Shown here: piece after piece, positions 42,750 to 51,500 of the stretch
Layout: each line of letters opens with the position of its first letter
Position numbering within the stretch: the first letter of the stretch is position 1
IMG/VR virus record: IMGVR_UViG_3300028394_002659
Origin: a virus
Strand: one strand, 5' to 3'
Length of the DNA stretch: 64,000 nt
Made by a program: the position numbers and the translations under genes
The notes under the pieces: model-generated
What the model was told of the DNA's origin: nothing
Seen by the model: the letters and a program-made list of their open reading frames with translations, nothing else
Databases searched by the model: none

Positions 42750-43948
42750 TTTTCAATCTTTACAACTTGGTATTTTTCATGCGGTACATGATCCCGGTAG
42801 CGAGTGCCCGAACGATCCCACTGAGTACCCTGACCGGTAATAATATCAATAACCCGATCAACAGTCCCATTATTCCAATCACTAATAAGGCCCATGTTGT
42901 GATGAGGAGTCTGCAAAAGATTACGCATTTTGTGATAGGCATCGTCTATGCTCCAGGGTACATAAAGCCGGTTAGGGTCATTAGCAAAGGTTTCGGGGAA
43001 ACTGCGATAAGCAGGGTAAAGCACATTACAACCCAGAGTATCAGCCTCACTGACAGTGTTGCTGACCCAATCTTGCAAAGCACAATTAAAGAGAACACGA
43101 GTATCATTAAGATGGGCGTAGTATTCATTCTTGCTTATGTTATCGTAGATTTTGAGCTTGCCTTCTGCCTCCATACGACGTGCTCTTTCCACAAACTCAG
43201 GATTGTTGGATCGCAAAGGTCCGCCACTGTATATTGCAAACTCACATGGCTCGCTGGTGAGTTCGCCATACATTTCAATAAGATCCATAAAGAAGCCAGG
43301 TTGCTTCTCTTGATCGAATCGAGCTGCAAAACCCACCCTCCGGGGACGGCTATCAAACGATTTGATGTTCTCTGTGCCGCCAATGCGTTCAAGAACTTCT
43401 GCTTTTCCAAATGCAAGGCCGGAAATGTTGTAGATCGGAGCAGTCCACCCAGCAATGCGCATGTGTGCGACCATCTCTTCATTGGTAGCAAGAACCCCTG
43501 TAACAAAGTGATTGACCATTTTTTCATATGTGCTCATCCATCCTGCCATGCCCCAGACATGCACAAAGTCATCAGGATCAATGGCCTGTGCCAAACAGCG
43601 TACCCATACCTGCGGGCGTTGTTCTGCAGGAATCTGATCCATGATATAAGGCAACGACTCAATGCCAGGTTGGAACATGTCTTCAAAGTAGATTACATCT
43701 GCCGCAGTTACATCACCGTTCTTCATCAACTGAACCAAGTTCATCATCTGGCTCATGGCAAAATAACTGCGACCGTGTGCGTCTAGTACTTGTCCTACTG
43801 AGATTGCTTGTGTGTTGTCGATTGTAGTGCCGGGAACATACACGACGTCAAGACCTCGGCGGTCAAACACACGCCGGTTCCACTCTGTTAATTGTAGTGT
43901 GTAACGGGCTTCGTAGCTTTCCAAGCCCATGTAGTACAGTTTCCTCAT
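42746..43948 (-). CDS. GT-B glycosyltransferase
   Basis: ARFDQEKQP, VSEADTLG, SFPE; two-Rossmann length. Confidence 0.78.
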   Translation of the reverse strand: MRKLYYMGLESYEARYTLQLTEWNRRVFDRRGLDVVYVPGTTIDNTQAISVGQVLDAHGRSYFAMSQMMNLVQLMKNGDVTAADVIYFEDMFQPGIESLPYIMDQIPAEQRPQVWVRCLAQAIDPDDFVHVWGMAGWMSTYEKMVNHFVTGVLATNEEMVAHMRIAGWTAPIYNISGLAFGKAEVLERIGGTENIKSFDSRPRRVGFAARFDQEKQPGFFMDLIEMYGELTSEPCEFAIYSGGPLRSNNPEFVERARRMEAEGKLKIYDNISKNEYYAHLNDTRVLFNCALQDWVSNTVSEADTLGCNVLYPAYRSFPETFANDPNRLYVPWSIDDAYHKMRNLLQTPHHNMGLISDWNNGTVDRVIDIITGQGTQWDRSGTRYRDHVPHEKYQVVKIEK

Positions 43949-44169
43949 AGGCGAAATCCTGCAAAGCGACGTGAGTCTTCGTTCCACATGTTCTTGGCGT
44001 TTTTGCCCGCATGCCACTTGTTGAACTGTTGCCATGCATAACTCTTGAAGTTATACAGGTCCGACTCGTTGTAACGATACCCATAGTCCTGACAGAACTC
44101 CAGGAACACTTCTAGATCATTAAAGATCTCAGCGACACGTGGGTTGGATTTGAGTGATGGCTTGGCCAT
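43945..44169 (-). CDS. hypothetical protein
   Basis: Coupled ORF with AAGGA RBS. Confidence 0.75.
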   Translation of the reverse strand: MAKPSLKSNPRVAEIFNDLEVFLEFCQDYGYRYNESDLYNFKSYAWQQFNKWHAGKNAKNMWNEDSRRFAGFRL

Positions 44170-44178
44170 TTGATTTCC

Positions 44179-44631
44179 TTAAATTTTAATTGACAGACTA
44201 GGGCGAGAAAGTTCATACTTGATCAAGGCACCGTTCTCACCGTCTTCGGCTACCTCAATCCACACTGCACGGTCAGGATATCGACCAGCAATTTCTGCGT
44301 ACAAGTCATCGGCCATCATTTCACAACTCTTGTGATCAAGTTGTAGGATGCCGTCCTTGTACAAATTTTCTAACCAGCGTTTGAACTGGATAAACTCAAT
44401 GTCTCTATCGTTGTGTAACACATCAATCCATACTCTAAAGTGGAATATGTGACGATGTGGTGAGCCAAGGAAACTCACATCATACTCGTCACCGGTGGCC
44501 AGAGCAGGATCAGTGGCAGCCGCAGGATAGCAATGTATTCCTTCTTTGCGGAATGTGACCCAGATTTTACGTTCTGCTTGGCCCATGATTCTAGAACGTT
44601 GTTCCGTTAGTGCTTGATCTCGTTGGTTCAT
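44179..44631 (-). CDS. QueD-like T-fold protein, probable DpdL (CDG decarboxylase)
   Basis: FLGSPHRHIF (LxxxHRHxF instead of CxxxHGH), DRDIEF, SCE..A, V.EDGENGA. Confidence 0.7.
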   Translation of the reverse strand: MNQRDQALTEQRSRIMGQAERKIWVTFRKEGIHCYPAAATDPALATGDEYDVSFLGSPHRHIFHFRVWIDVLHNDRDIEFIQFKRWLENLYKDGILQLDHKSCEMMADDLYAEIAGRYPDRAVWIEVAEDGENGALIKYELSRPSLSIKI

Positions 44632-45131
44632 AATTTTTGATCCTGCTTGTAGTCATCCCACGAAGTAAATGTTTCGCGGCTCATTAGGCCATGCAGACTG
44701 TGACACCAAACACCAGGGTTGGTAGCGGCAAAGTCCTTGTCATCTATTTTTAACATTGTATTATAATTCCACAACTTTGTATAGGGTAGGCTTACTCGAA
44801 TTTGCGGCACAAAGTTTCTATAGTCACATAACGGACCATCATGGAACTCATCCACATGAGTGATTGGAATGTCCAGGCTACACAAGTATCCGTCTTGAAG
44901 GAATGGTTCAATCATACTTTCCCAGCGTTGCCACGCTAGCCTGTTGTCAGGATGGAAACTGTGATTGGCACCAAAAAAGATATGCTCGCATTCGTTGCCA
45001 AGGAATCTGCTGAGTATTTCCACTGTTGGTTGGACGCCAACCACAAACAAAGTGCGTCGGCCAAAGGCTGGAGTGCGTTCTACTTCTGTACCTACAAAGA
45101 AGTCGACGTTTTCATGTTCAGGTCTGTTCAT
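44628..45131 (-). CDS. conserved hypothetical protein in the deazaguanine cluster
   Basis: Coupled to both neighbours; KIDD.DF..TNPGVWCH. Confidence 0.75.
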   Translation of the reverse strand: MNRPEHENVDFFVGTEVERTPAFGRRTLFVVGVQPTVEILSRFLGNECEHIFFGANHSFHPDNRLAWQRWESMIEPFLQDGYLCSLDIPITHVDEFHDGPLCDYRNFVPQIRVSLPYTKLWNYNTMLKIDDKDFAATNPGVWCHSLHGLMSRETFTSWDDYKQDQKL

Positions 45132-46683
45132 GTTCTAATTGATCTAATGCTGATGTGTCTAATTGTACACTATCATCGGTTGGTTGTATAGTCTCAGTTT
45201 CTTCGAATTCAAACAATGCATTAAATTGAGTGCGGGCATTCTTGGTCTTCTTGCCTTTGAACCCTCGTGTGCCCACAATCTCCATCCAATATGTGTCATA
45301 CTCTTCGACGATAGCGTCGGCAGTCTCTCGATCTGGTGCCGCAAAGATTGCTTCCACAATGTCTTCAAACCGGGCATAGTCTCCGGTGCTACGACGCATC
45401 ATAGCAGGATACTCTCCTGCATCAAAACGTCTGTTGGCTTCTTGTACTGCGGTCAAGTGCATCCAAACATTATGCCCCATGAGCAAAGCATATGAGAAAC
45501 TGTCCCAGGATGTCTTGCCTTCTTTGCCAATCTTATTTAGATCGCCGGGCTTGTAGATACAAATATCTTTCATCTTCAACAAGTCACTTAGTGGGCTATC
45601 TTCCCAGCGTGGATAGATGCCATCTGCTACTACGCCTGTTCCCCACTTGCGTGTGTCTGTGGAATACTTTTTGTCGTCGGCTGAAGGAGCCATGCGATAC
45701 GACCATTTGCTATCGTGTTCAAAGACATTTTCAAAGTAGACCTGTCCGTTTGCTGTTGCAAGGAACGGACTGGCGCAGTCAAACGAGATGGTGAATTGCG
45801 GATTGACATATTTTCTTACGGCCCTTTGGATTACAGTTAATAAAACAGCCCACTCCAGTTTGGAGGTTCCCAAGAAGTGCATCCAATCGTGTTTGCCCTC
45901 TTGAAGTAAATTGTCATAGCGTAGTGCTACCAGTCTGCGAAGCACCAGGTGTACATCACACATGTTCTGTCCACCCATGGACCAACCGTCAAAGTGTGTG
46001 TCTGGATACTTGGCAGGATCGCAGTATTCCTTCATAGTCTCATACCATTGATCCGCTGAAGTATGATTGTCACCTTGTAGCACGTTCAAGAACTTGGCAC
46101 CACCATTTGCCACACCTTTGCGGTGTTTCATGAAGTAGTCATTGTTGAACTTGGTGGCGTCCACTGCTTCTTGTAGTGTGGTGATCTGGCATGCCGCGGA
46201 TGCTTTCTTGTCGTGAATAACCCAAGTTGGGATATCCAAGATCATGCCATAGTCGGCCACATTGTCCAGCCAGTTCAAGATTAGACTTCGTTTCTTTTGG
46301 GCTTTAGGACAACCTGAGTTGGCTTTCCAATCACCTTCCCAAAGACCCTTGGCAATCTGGAAACCTCCTGAGTCACCAAGTATGAAAGATCCGGCCTCAC
46401 GATTACGGACCATGTCTTCAGACCAGTCTTGTTTTGCAAGATCGAGGTTAGCATGGCCTCCTGAGTACAGTGACCACCGATAAGGAAACAAGGCCTTATT
46501 AGAGTTGAGCCAGTTAAGTTGCTCCATATCCGTAATGCCCTGAGGCAGTCGTGCTGGATCCACATATGGTTCATTCCTTTGTTTGCCTACGAATGTAGCA
46601 TAGAATCCGCTGATGGCCGGAAGGAACACAGCGTAGTCATTTTGCTTGGCAGTTAAGTTGTCTTGAACAACAGGGTCAGTCAT
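45118..46683 (-). CDS. TGT-superfamily DNA 7-deazaguanine transglycosylase (DpdA-like)
   Basis: GDSGGFQ, LDIP, NVLQG, HFLG, SFDCASP; next to replication and Que genes. Confidence 0.75.
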   Translation of the reverse strand: MTDPVVQDNLTAKQNDYAVFLPAISGFYATFVGKQRNEPYVDPARLPQGITDMEQLNWLNSNKALFPYRWSLYSGGHANLDLAKQDWSEDMVRNREAGSFILGDSGGFQIAKGLWEGDWKANSGCPKAQKKRSLILNWLDNVADYGMILDIPTWVIHDKKASAACQITTLQEAVDATKFNNDYFMKHRKGVANGGAKFLNVLQGDNHTSADQWYETMKEYCDPAKYPDTHFDGWSMGGQNMCDVHLVLRRLVALRYDNLLQEGKHDWMHFLGTSKLEWAVLLTVIQRAVRKYVNPQFTISFDCASPFLATANGQVYFENVFEHDSKWSYRMAPSADDKKYSTDTRKWGTGVVADGIYPRWEDSPLSDLLKMKDICIYKPGDLNKIGKEGKTSWDSFSYALLMGHNVWMHLTAVQEANRRFDAGEYPAMMRRSTGDYARFEDIVEAIFAAPDRETADAIVEEYDTYWMEIVGTRGFKGKKTKNARTQFNALFEFEETETIQPTDDSVQLDTSALDQLEHEQT

Positions 46684-47405
46684 TATTTGCTTTGTGCTGG
46701 TAATAGATATTGATAAACTGCTAGGCCGGAATCAACTGTGATTTCTGCGGCACCATCATCGCTGATGCGTACTTTCTTGTCACCAGTCAAGTCCATGATG
46801 CTCACAAACTGTTTGGCAGGCCATGACCATGCACGTTTCAATTGACCACTAACACCTGGATGGAACACAAAGTTACCTGAGTGTGTTGAGTGATCGCCAA
46901 AGAAAAACTTAAGATCACCGTTTTCAGTTTTGGCCTGGAAGTTTGCCTCCTCGGCATTGGCGCTCATTTGCCACTTCATTCGTTGAATAGCCGCATTGGT
47001 TGGTTCAAACTCAATGTGCCATGTCACAGGGCGAATCTTGGCAGTCTTTAACTTCTCACTTACTACACCCGATGTCATAAAACGATAGTTGTTTTTAAAG
47101 TCGCCAATTTTGTTTTCAAAATTAATGCCATCTGGCTCACCTGTTGAGCCTTTGGTAATGGCAAGTTTGGCATCTTCCTTGTACTCTTGCAAGTTCAACA
47201 AAGTCTTTAGTTTGCCCAGGTTAGGCATGCCAAATGTGCCCACAAAGTCTGCTGTGGGGTTGTGAAAGTTGCCGCGAATGACCACACTCAGATCTTCTGC
47301 CAAGCCAACAATTTCAGTCTTGCTGGTGTCACCAACAATTTTAACCAAATCAATACAACCAAGGTCGTAAGTGTGTTCTACCAAGTCTAACAAGTAATCT
47401 CTCAT
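46683..47405 (-). CDS. putative sliding clamp (gp45-like)
   Basis: About 240 aa, near PolB; FGMPNL and C-terminal YQYLLPAQ pattern. Confidence 0.6.
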   Translation of the reverse strand: MRDYLLDLVEHTYDLGCIDLVKIVGDTSKTEIVGLAEDLSVVIRGNFHNPTADFVGTFGMPNLGKLKTLLNLQEYKEDAKLAITKGSTGEPDGINFENKIGDFKNNYRFMTSGVVSEKLKTAKIRPVTWHIEFEPTNAAIQRMKWQMSANAEEANFQAKTENGDLKFFFGDHSTHSGNFVFHPGVSGQLKRAWSWPAKQFVSIMDLTGDKKVRISDDGAAEITVDSGLAVYQYLLPAQSK

Positions 47406-47436
47406 AAGTTTCTCCTAAGTTTAAAGTATACAGGGT

Positions 47437-48381
47437 TTATTGCGAATTTGCAACTATTTTGGCTAGAGTCTGCCCGCCTCGTAGGCTGGTCAAATCGCCG
47501 GGCTTTTTAAATTCTAACCAACTGACCTCGCCTTTGCCGTCATAAGCATCGATCAACTCAAATCCAATATTGATAGCGTGTTGTTCAATCAGTTTACGTG
47601 GAGTGTACAACATCCAGACTCGTTCAGAACGTTCTACGCCATTGGCAAGATCACAATTGTTGTAGGTCATAATAACTCCACCGCCGGGACGTAATTTTTT
47701 ATAGAATTCTTCTAAAAATTTGTGTATGATTGGAATCGGTTTGTGATTGAAATAGTGATAGGCAAATATTGCACCAAACTGATTATCAGGGAATTTATTT
47801 AAAATAGGTCCATCTGCCCAGTCGTCAATCACATACTCACGCAATCTGCGTTGATATTCTGGTGTGAACTTGCTGATTGCTGGTCTCATCAGTTCCGGAT
47901 CGTGATCAACTACATACAGCGGATCCAACGGCACCATATCTTCAATATATGTTTCCACTCCTGGTCTTATGATCATACCAGGTATTCGCCAATCAGTTAA
48001 ATTTTTAAGACGTGTTCTTAATACAATATCATCCTCGTTGTCAATTCTCATACGTCTATTTAGAATAACATCTACGGTATCGTAAATCATTTCTTCTTGG
48101 TACACACGTAAACTATTAACCAAATATTCTTGTTCATGCTGTTTGATTTCTGATCTTAATTCTTTTTTTAGAGATTCAACTTGTGCAGAAAATTTTGCAA
48201 TGTTGTTGATCAATTCATTGTGTGTTTTTACTATGTTATCTTTGGCAGTTTGATATGGATCAGCATGTTCAGTCACCACGTGTGCAATGTGGCTTAACGT
48301 ACCCGTGGCAATATCACATTCAGTCGCAACATCAAGCGAATCAAGTAAATTTAAACGTGCAACAATATCGCTGAGTTTCAT
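47437..48381 (-). CDS. coiled-coil + class I methyltransferase-like protein
   Basis: FPDNQFG, LRPGG motifs. Confidence 0.55.
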   Translation of the reverse strand: MKLSDIVARLNLLDSLDVATECDIATGTLSHIAHVVTEHADPYQTAKDNIVKTHNELINNIAKFSAQVESLKKELRSEIKQHEQEYLVNSLRVYQEEMIYDTVDVILNRRMRIDNEDDIVLRTRLKNLTDWRIPGMIIRPGVETYIEDMVPLDPLYVVDHDPELMRPAISKFTPEYQRRLREYVIDDWADGPILNKFPDNQFGAIFAYHYFNHKPIPIIHKFLEEFYKKLRPGGGVIMTYNNCDLANGVERSERVWMLYTPRKLIEQHAINIGFELIDAYDGKGEVSWLEFKKPGDLTSLRGGQTLAKIVANSQ

Positions 48382-51038
48382 TCGAAATCAAATAAACTAG
48401 TAAATGTATTTTCTGTGTTGGTTGCTGATGCTAGATCCCAGTCCAGCACACCCAACAAGTTATCAACCTTGCCGTCCACCACAGTGGCTTCCATCTCCGA
48501 ATCATCAAACGGCAACTCAGTAAACCATGTGGGCAGTCGTTGTTCATCTGTAGGATAGCCAATGCTGGTCCACCCCAGAGCATTTGACTTGAGTTTACAC
48601 ACAATGGTTTTCATACCATCAACAATGGCCATTGAGTAGTTGTCGCTGTTCATCTTGCGCATGTTGTTCCAGTTAATTGCGGCCCGCACATGACCTGGCA
48701 TGTTTGCTTTGCCCAATCGAGTTTCTTCTGCTTGGTACTTGGTCAAGTTGTTCACACGCTTGGGCGATCCTTTTTCCCAGCCCGAACGTTCTTTGAACTC
48801 ATACTTGAATTCACGAATACGTTCCACAATCTCATCTCGACCTGCACCAGCAAGTAGTTTATTTAGAATTTCTAACAAGAAGTCTTGAATTACTTTGGGG
48901 GTGTCTGATCGTTTTAGATCAAGTCCTGTGGCCTTGGTCTTGCCAACTGCGCCGTTGACATCCAGTCGTTTGCCTTCGATATCAATGGCGTTGACAGCAT
49001 AACGCTTCTTGGTAATAAACAAGCCACGATCTGCCACAGTTTCACGACCACACTTGATCAGTTCACCCATGTCCCGTGGACAATGGAAAGCCTGTTCCAT
49101 GAAGCCAGGGAAACTTTGGTTGACCTGTTCAGCAAGGCTGTCATACAGTTGAATACAAGTTTCTTTCGACCATGCCATCCGGCCTTCTTCAACTTCTTTC
49201 TTGAGGACCGGCCATGCGGAGAAATAACACGAGTCTGTGTCACCATATATAACTGCTTTTCCCACATGGTCGTATTCGCCTGTGATGAGCTCATTAAGAT
49301 GAGCGTCCATGTGCCGGGCAATTGAACGACCAGTAAGTGTTGTTGACTGTCCAATACGTTTGTCAAAGAACCTACAACCCGGGTTAAGAATAGCCCCGTA
49401 GAGACTGTTGAGGTTAATCTTTTTAACCAGTTGTCGTTTGTCCCAGAATGCAATTTCTTTGGCATCTTTTGTTTCTTTCTTCCGAGCCTGTAGTTCTTGT
49501 CGTTCACGGTACCAACGCTCCAGTAAACCAGGGATAATACCCTTCTTCTCAAATGTAAGAATAGTGCCATTGGCAGTGAGGATCCAAGGTTGATTTGAAT
49601 CAAAGATAATGGTCCAGATCTCAGCGGCCGAGTGTACAGACTCTTCACCCGACTCCCAGTCAATTGTGATCTCAGTGCCACGCTCTTGATTCATCACGGC
49701 TGTGTATTCTAAACTGGCAAAGATACCTTCCCAGGCCGCCGCAAAACTCTGTCCCTTGGCCATGTTGGCTTTGATCAGTCTATCAGTCATGGTCTGACGC
49801 AGTTGACCAACCACAGTCTCTGGACCCATGTTCATGGCACGAATTGCCGATGGATAAAGTGAGTTGATGTCAACTGATCCGATCCACTCATGCACACCTT
49901 TCTTGGGATACGCAACATACGCACCTGCGGCCTGTGTGTCTTCATCTGTAAGGCGTTGCTTGCGATTGGGCACAACCATGCCACGTTCATGTGCTTCGTT
50001 GATGATGGCCTGCTCAGTCACAGCCACAGCGCCCATGGTGGTCTGCAATAGTACAGTATTGGCATGTGCCAGTTCATTGGCAAGATCCAAGAAGCGCAGT
50101 TTCTTGTCTAGTTTACCAATCAACAATGTATCTTGGCGGTTGTACTCAATAAATGTCCGGAAGTGTTGGTTGTATAAACTATCCAGGGTTCCTTCAAACT
50201 GTGTCTTGCGCTCACCCAGTTCATACTCACAAATGGCATCCAGGCTATAACTGTGACGTTCTTCGTATGTGTACTTGCGATACAGTTGCATATAGTCCAT
50301 ATGCACACGCCCAATCAAGTCATAGGTTTCGTTTTCAGCACCAAAGCGTTCAAACATACGCTTCTTGGGCAGTTGCCCCCACAAACAGAATTTGCGTGTG
50401 TCATCCTTGCTCAACACACGAATACAGCGGTTCACGGTATAGGGAATGTCATAGCCTTCTGAGTTCCAACCACTCAGCACATCTGCATCATCAATCAAGT
50501 CAAGAAATGTTTTGATCATGTCTGCTTCGTCAGCAAACAAGATGGTGTTCTCAAAGTCTCGGACCAGTTCGTGGGCAGTGTCCCAACTGAGATGTTTGGG
50601 AGGCACAGCAAGTGTGACCAATTGATCCAGCCAGTCTAGGTAGACTGAAATCGCAGTAATGGGATTAAAAGGGTCTGATACAGGTGAGAAGCCGCGGTCT
50701 TTATCAAAGGCCACCTCAATGTCAAAAAACGCTGTGTGAAGTTCAGGCGCATCTTGGTCTTTGTAGTTTTCTTCAAGGCATCTAAAGATTGGATTGATGT
50801 CGCTTTCATAAATCGGCTTATGGCTGTGAGCGCGGACTTCCTTGCGGAACTCTTTGTTGTTTCTTGTACTAAATCTTGATACGGGTGTGCCGTATATGCT
50901 TTGGAATTTACCTCGGGCATCATCATAATAGAAAATGTAATTTGCTGGATATTCCCGGTAGACTCTTGCGCCATTGCGGCGTTCTACAGTATGAATACGA
51001 TCGTGCTCACGATCAAATAGTGCATCAATATAACTCAT
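48378..51038 (-). CDS. family B DNA polymerase
   Basis: Exo FFDIEV, GWNSEGYD, YNRQD; Pol DINSLYPS, KINLNSLYG, YGDTDS, KKRY. Confidence 0.97.
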   Translation of the reverse strand: MSYIDALFDREHDRIHTVERRNGARVYREYPANYIFYYDDARGKFQSIYGTPVSRFSTRNNKEFRKEVRAHSHKPIYESDINPIFRCLEENYKDQDAPELHTAFFDIEVAFDKDRGFSPVSDPFNPITAISVYLDWLDQLVTLAVPPKHLSWDTAHELVRDFENTILFADEADMIKTFLDLIDDADVLSGWNSEGYDIPYTVNRCIRVLSKDDTRKFCLWGQLPKKRMFERFGAENETYDLIGRVHMDYMQLYRKYTYEERHSYSLDAICEYELGERKTQFEGTLDSLYNQHFRTFIEYNRQDTLLIGKLDKKLRFLDLANELAHANTVLLQTTMGAVAVTEQAIINEAHERGMVVPNRKQRLTDEDTQAAGAYVAYPKKGVHEWIGSVDINSLYPSAIRAMNMGPETVVGQLRQTMTDRLIKANMAKGQSFAAAWEGIFASLEYTAVMNQERGTEITIDWESGEESVHSAAEIWTIIFDSNQPWILTANGTILTFEKKGIIPGLLERWYRERQELQARKKETKDAKEIAFWDKRQLVKKINLNSLYGAILNPGCRFFDKRIGQSTTLTGRSIARHMDAHLNELITGEYDHVGKAVIYGDTDSCYFSAWPVLKKEVEEGRMAWSKETCIQLYDSLAEQVNQSFPGFMEQAFHCPRDMGELIKCGRETVADRGLFITKKRYAVNAIDIEGKRLDVNGAVGKTKATGLDLKRSDTPKVIQDFLLEILNKLLAGAGRDEIVERIREFKYEFKERSGWEKGSPKRVNNLTKYQAEETRLGKANMPGHVRAAINWNNMRKMNSDNYSMAIVDGMKTIVCKLKSNALGWTSIGYPTDEQRLPTWFTELPFDDSEMEATVVDGKVDNLLGVLDWDLASATNTENTFTSLFDFE

Positions 51039-51110
51039 TGTTCTCCGTTTGTGGCCGGTTAGCCGTGATACATGCTCGTAACGTGAGCGACTCGTCTGCT
51101 GAACAGATAT

Positions 51111-51371
51111 TTATAGGGTTTTACCAACGGTTTCTAAAATAGTTTCAAGAGTTTCATGATCTTGTTTTTCTTGACCAAAACTGGCCTTGTGTGCCAATTT
51201 GATAGCCTTTTTCAGGATAGCAGGTTTGACTTCCAGTTCTTCTGCCACTGCTTTGATAGTGTCAGTCAAGCCACCTTGTAGCGTATCAATTTCATGCATA
51301 ACCTGCATGCCTTCATTGATGATTTGGGTGAGTTTGATCTTTTGATCGCCGTTGAATGTTTTTGCTGACAT
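51111..51371 (-). CDS. small dsDNA-binding protein (T4 DsbA/GapR-like)
   Basis: Helical 86-aa protein, IKAVAEELEVKPAILKKAIKLAHK, upstream of the polymerase. Confidence 0.55.
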   Translation of the reverse strand: MSAKTFNGDQKIKLTQIINEGMQVMHEIDTLQGGLTDTIKAVAEELEVKPAILKKAIKLAHKASFGQEKQDHETLETILETVGKTL

Positions 51372-51427
51372 AGAAATCTCCTAAAATACTATTATAACAG
51401 ATATTTAGGAGATGTCAATGTGTATAT

Positions 51428-51500
51428 GCTCGTTTTGGGCCGCCAGGTAGCGAATCTATTGGCCCAGGCAGAAGCCGCCCACTCGGTCCTAAGGCTGAGT
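51428..51500 (-). ncRNA. GC-rich structured intergenic RNA
   Basis: ACTC..GAGT and GGGCC..GGCCC hairpins after the large virion gene. Confidence 0.45.

Noticed and set aside
45118-46683. TGT-like gene as a tRNA queuine transglycosylase serving the tRNA array
   Set aside because: It lacks the bacterial TGT Zn-binding CxCxxC motif and is coupled to replication genes, which fits a DNA-acting DpdA better; a tRNA role is not formally excluded
48378-51038. Intein or intron in the DNA polymerase
   Set aside because: The 886-aa ORF is continuous with normal motif spacing and no splice motifs
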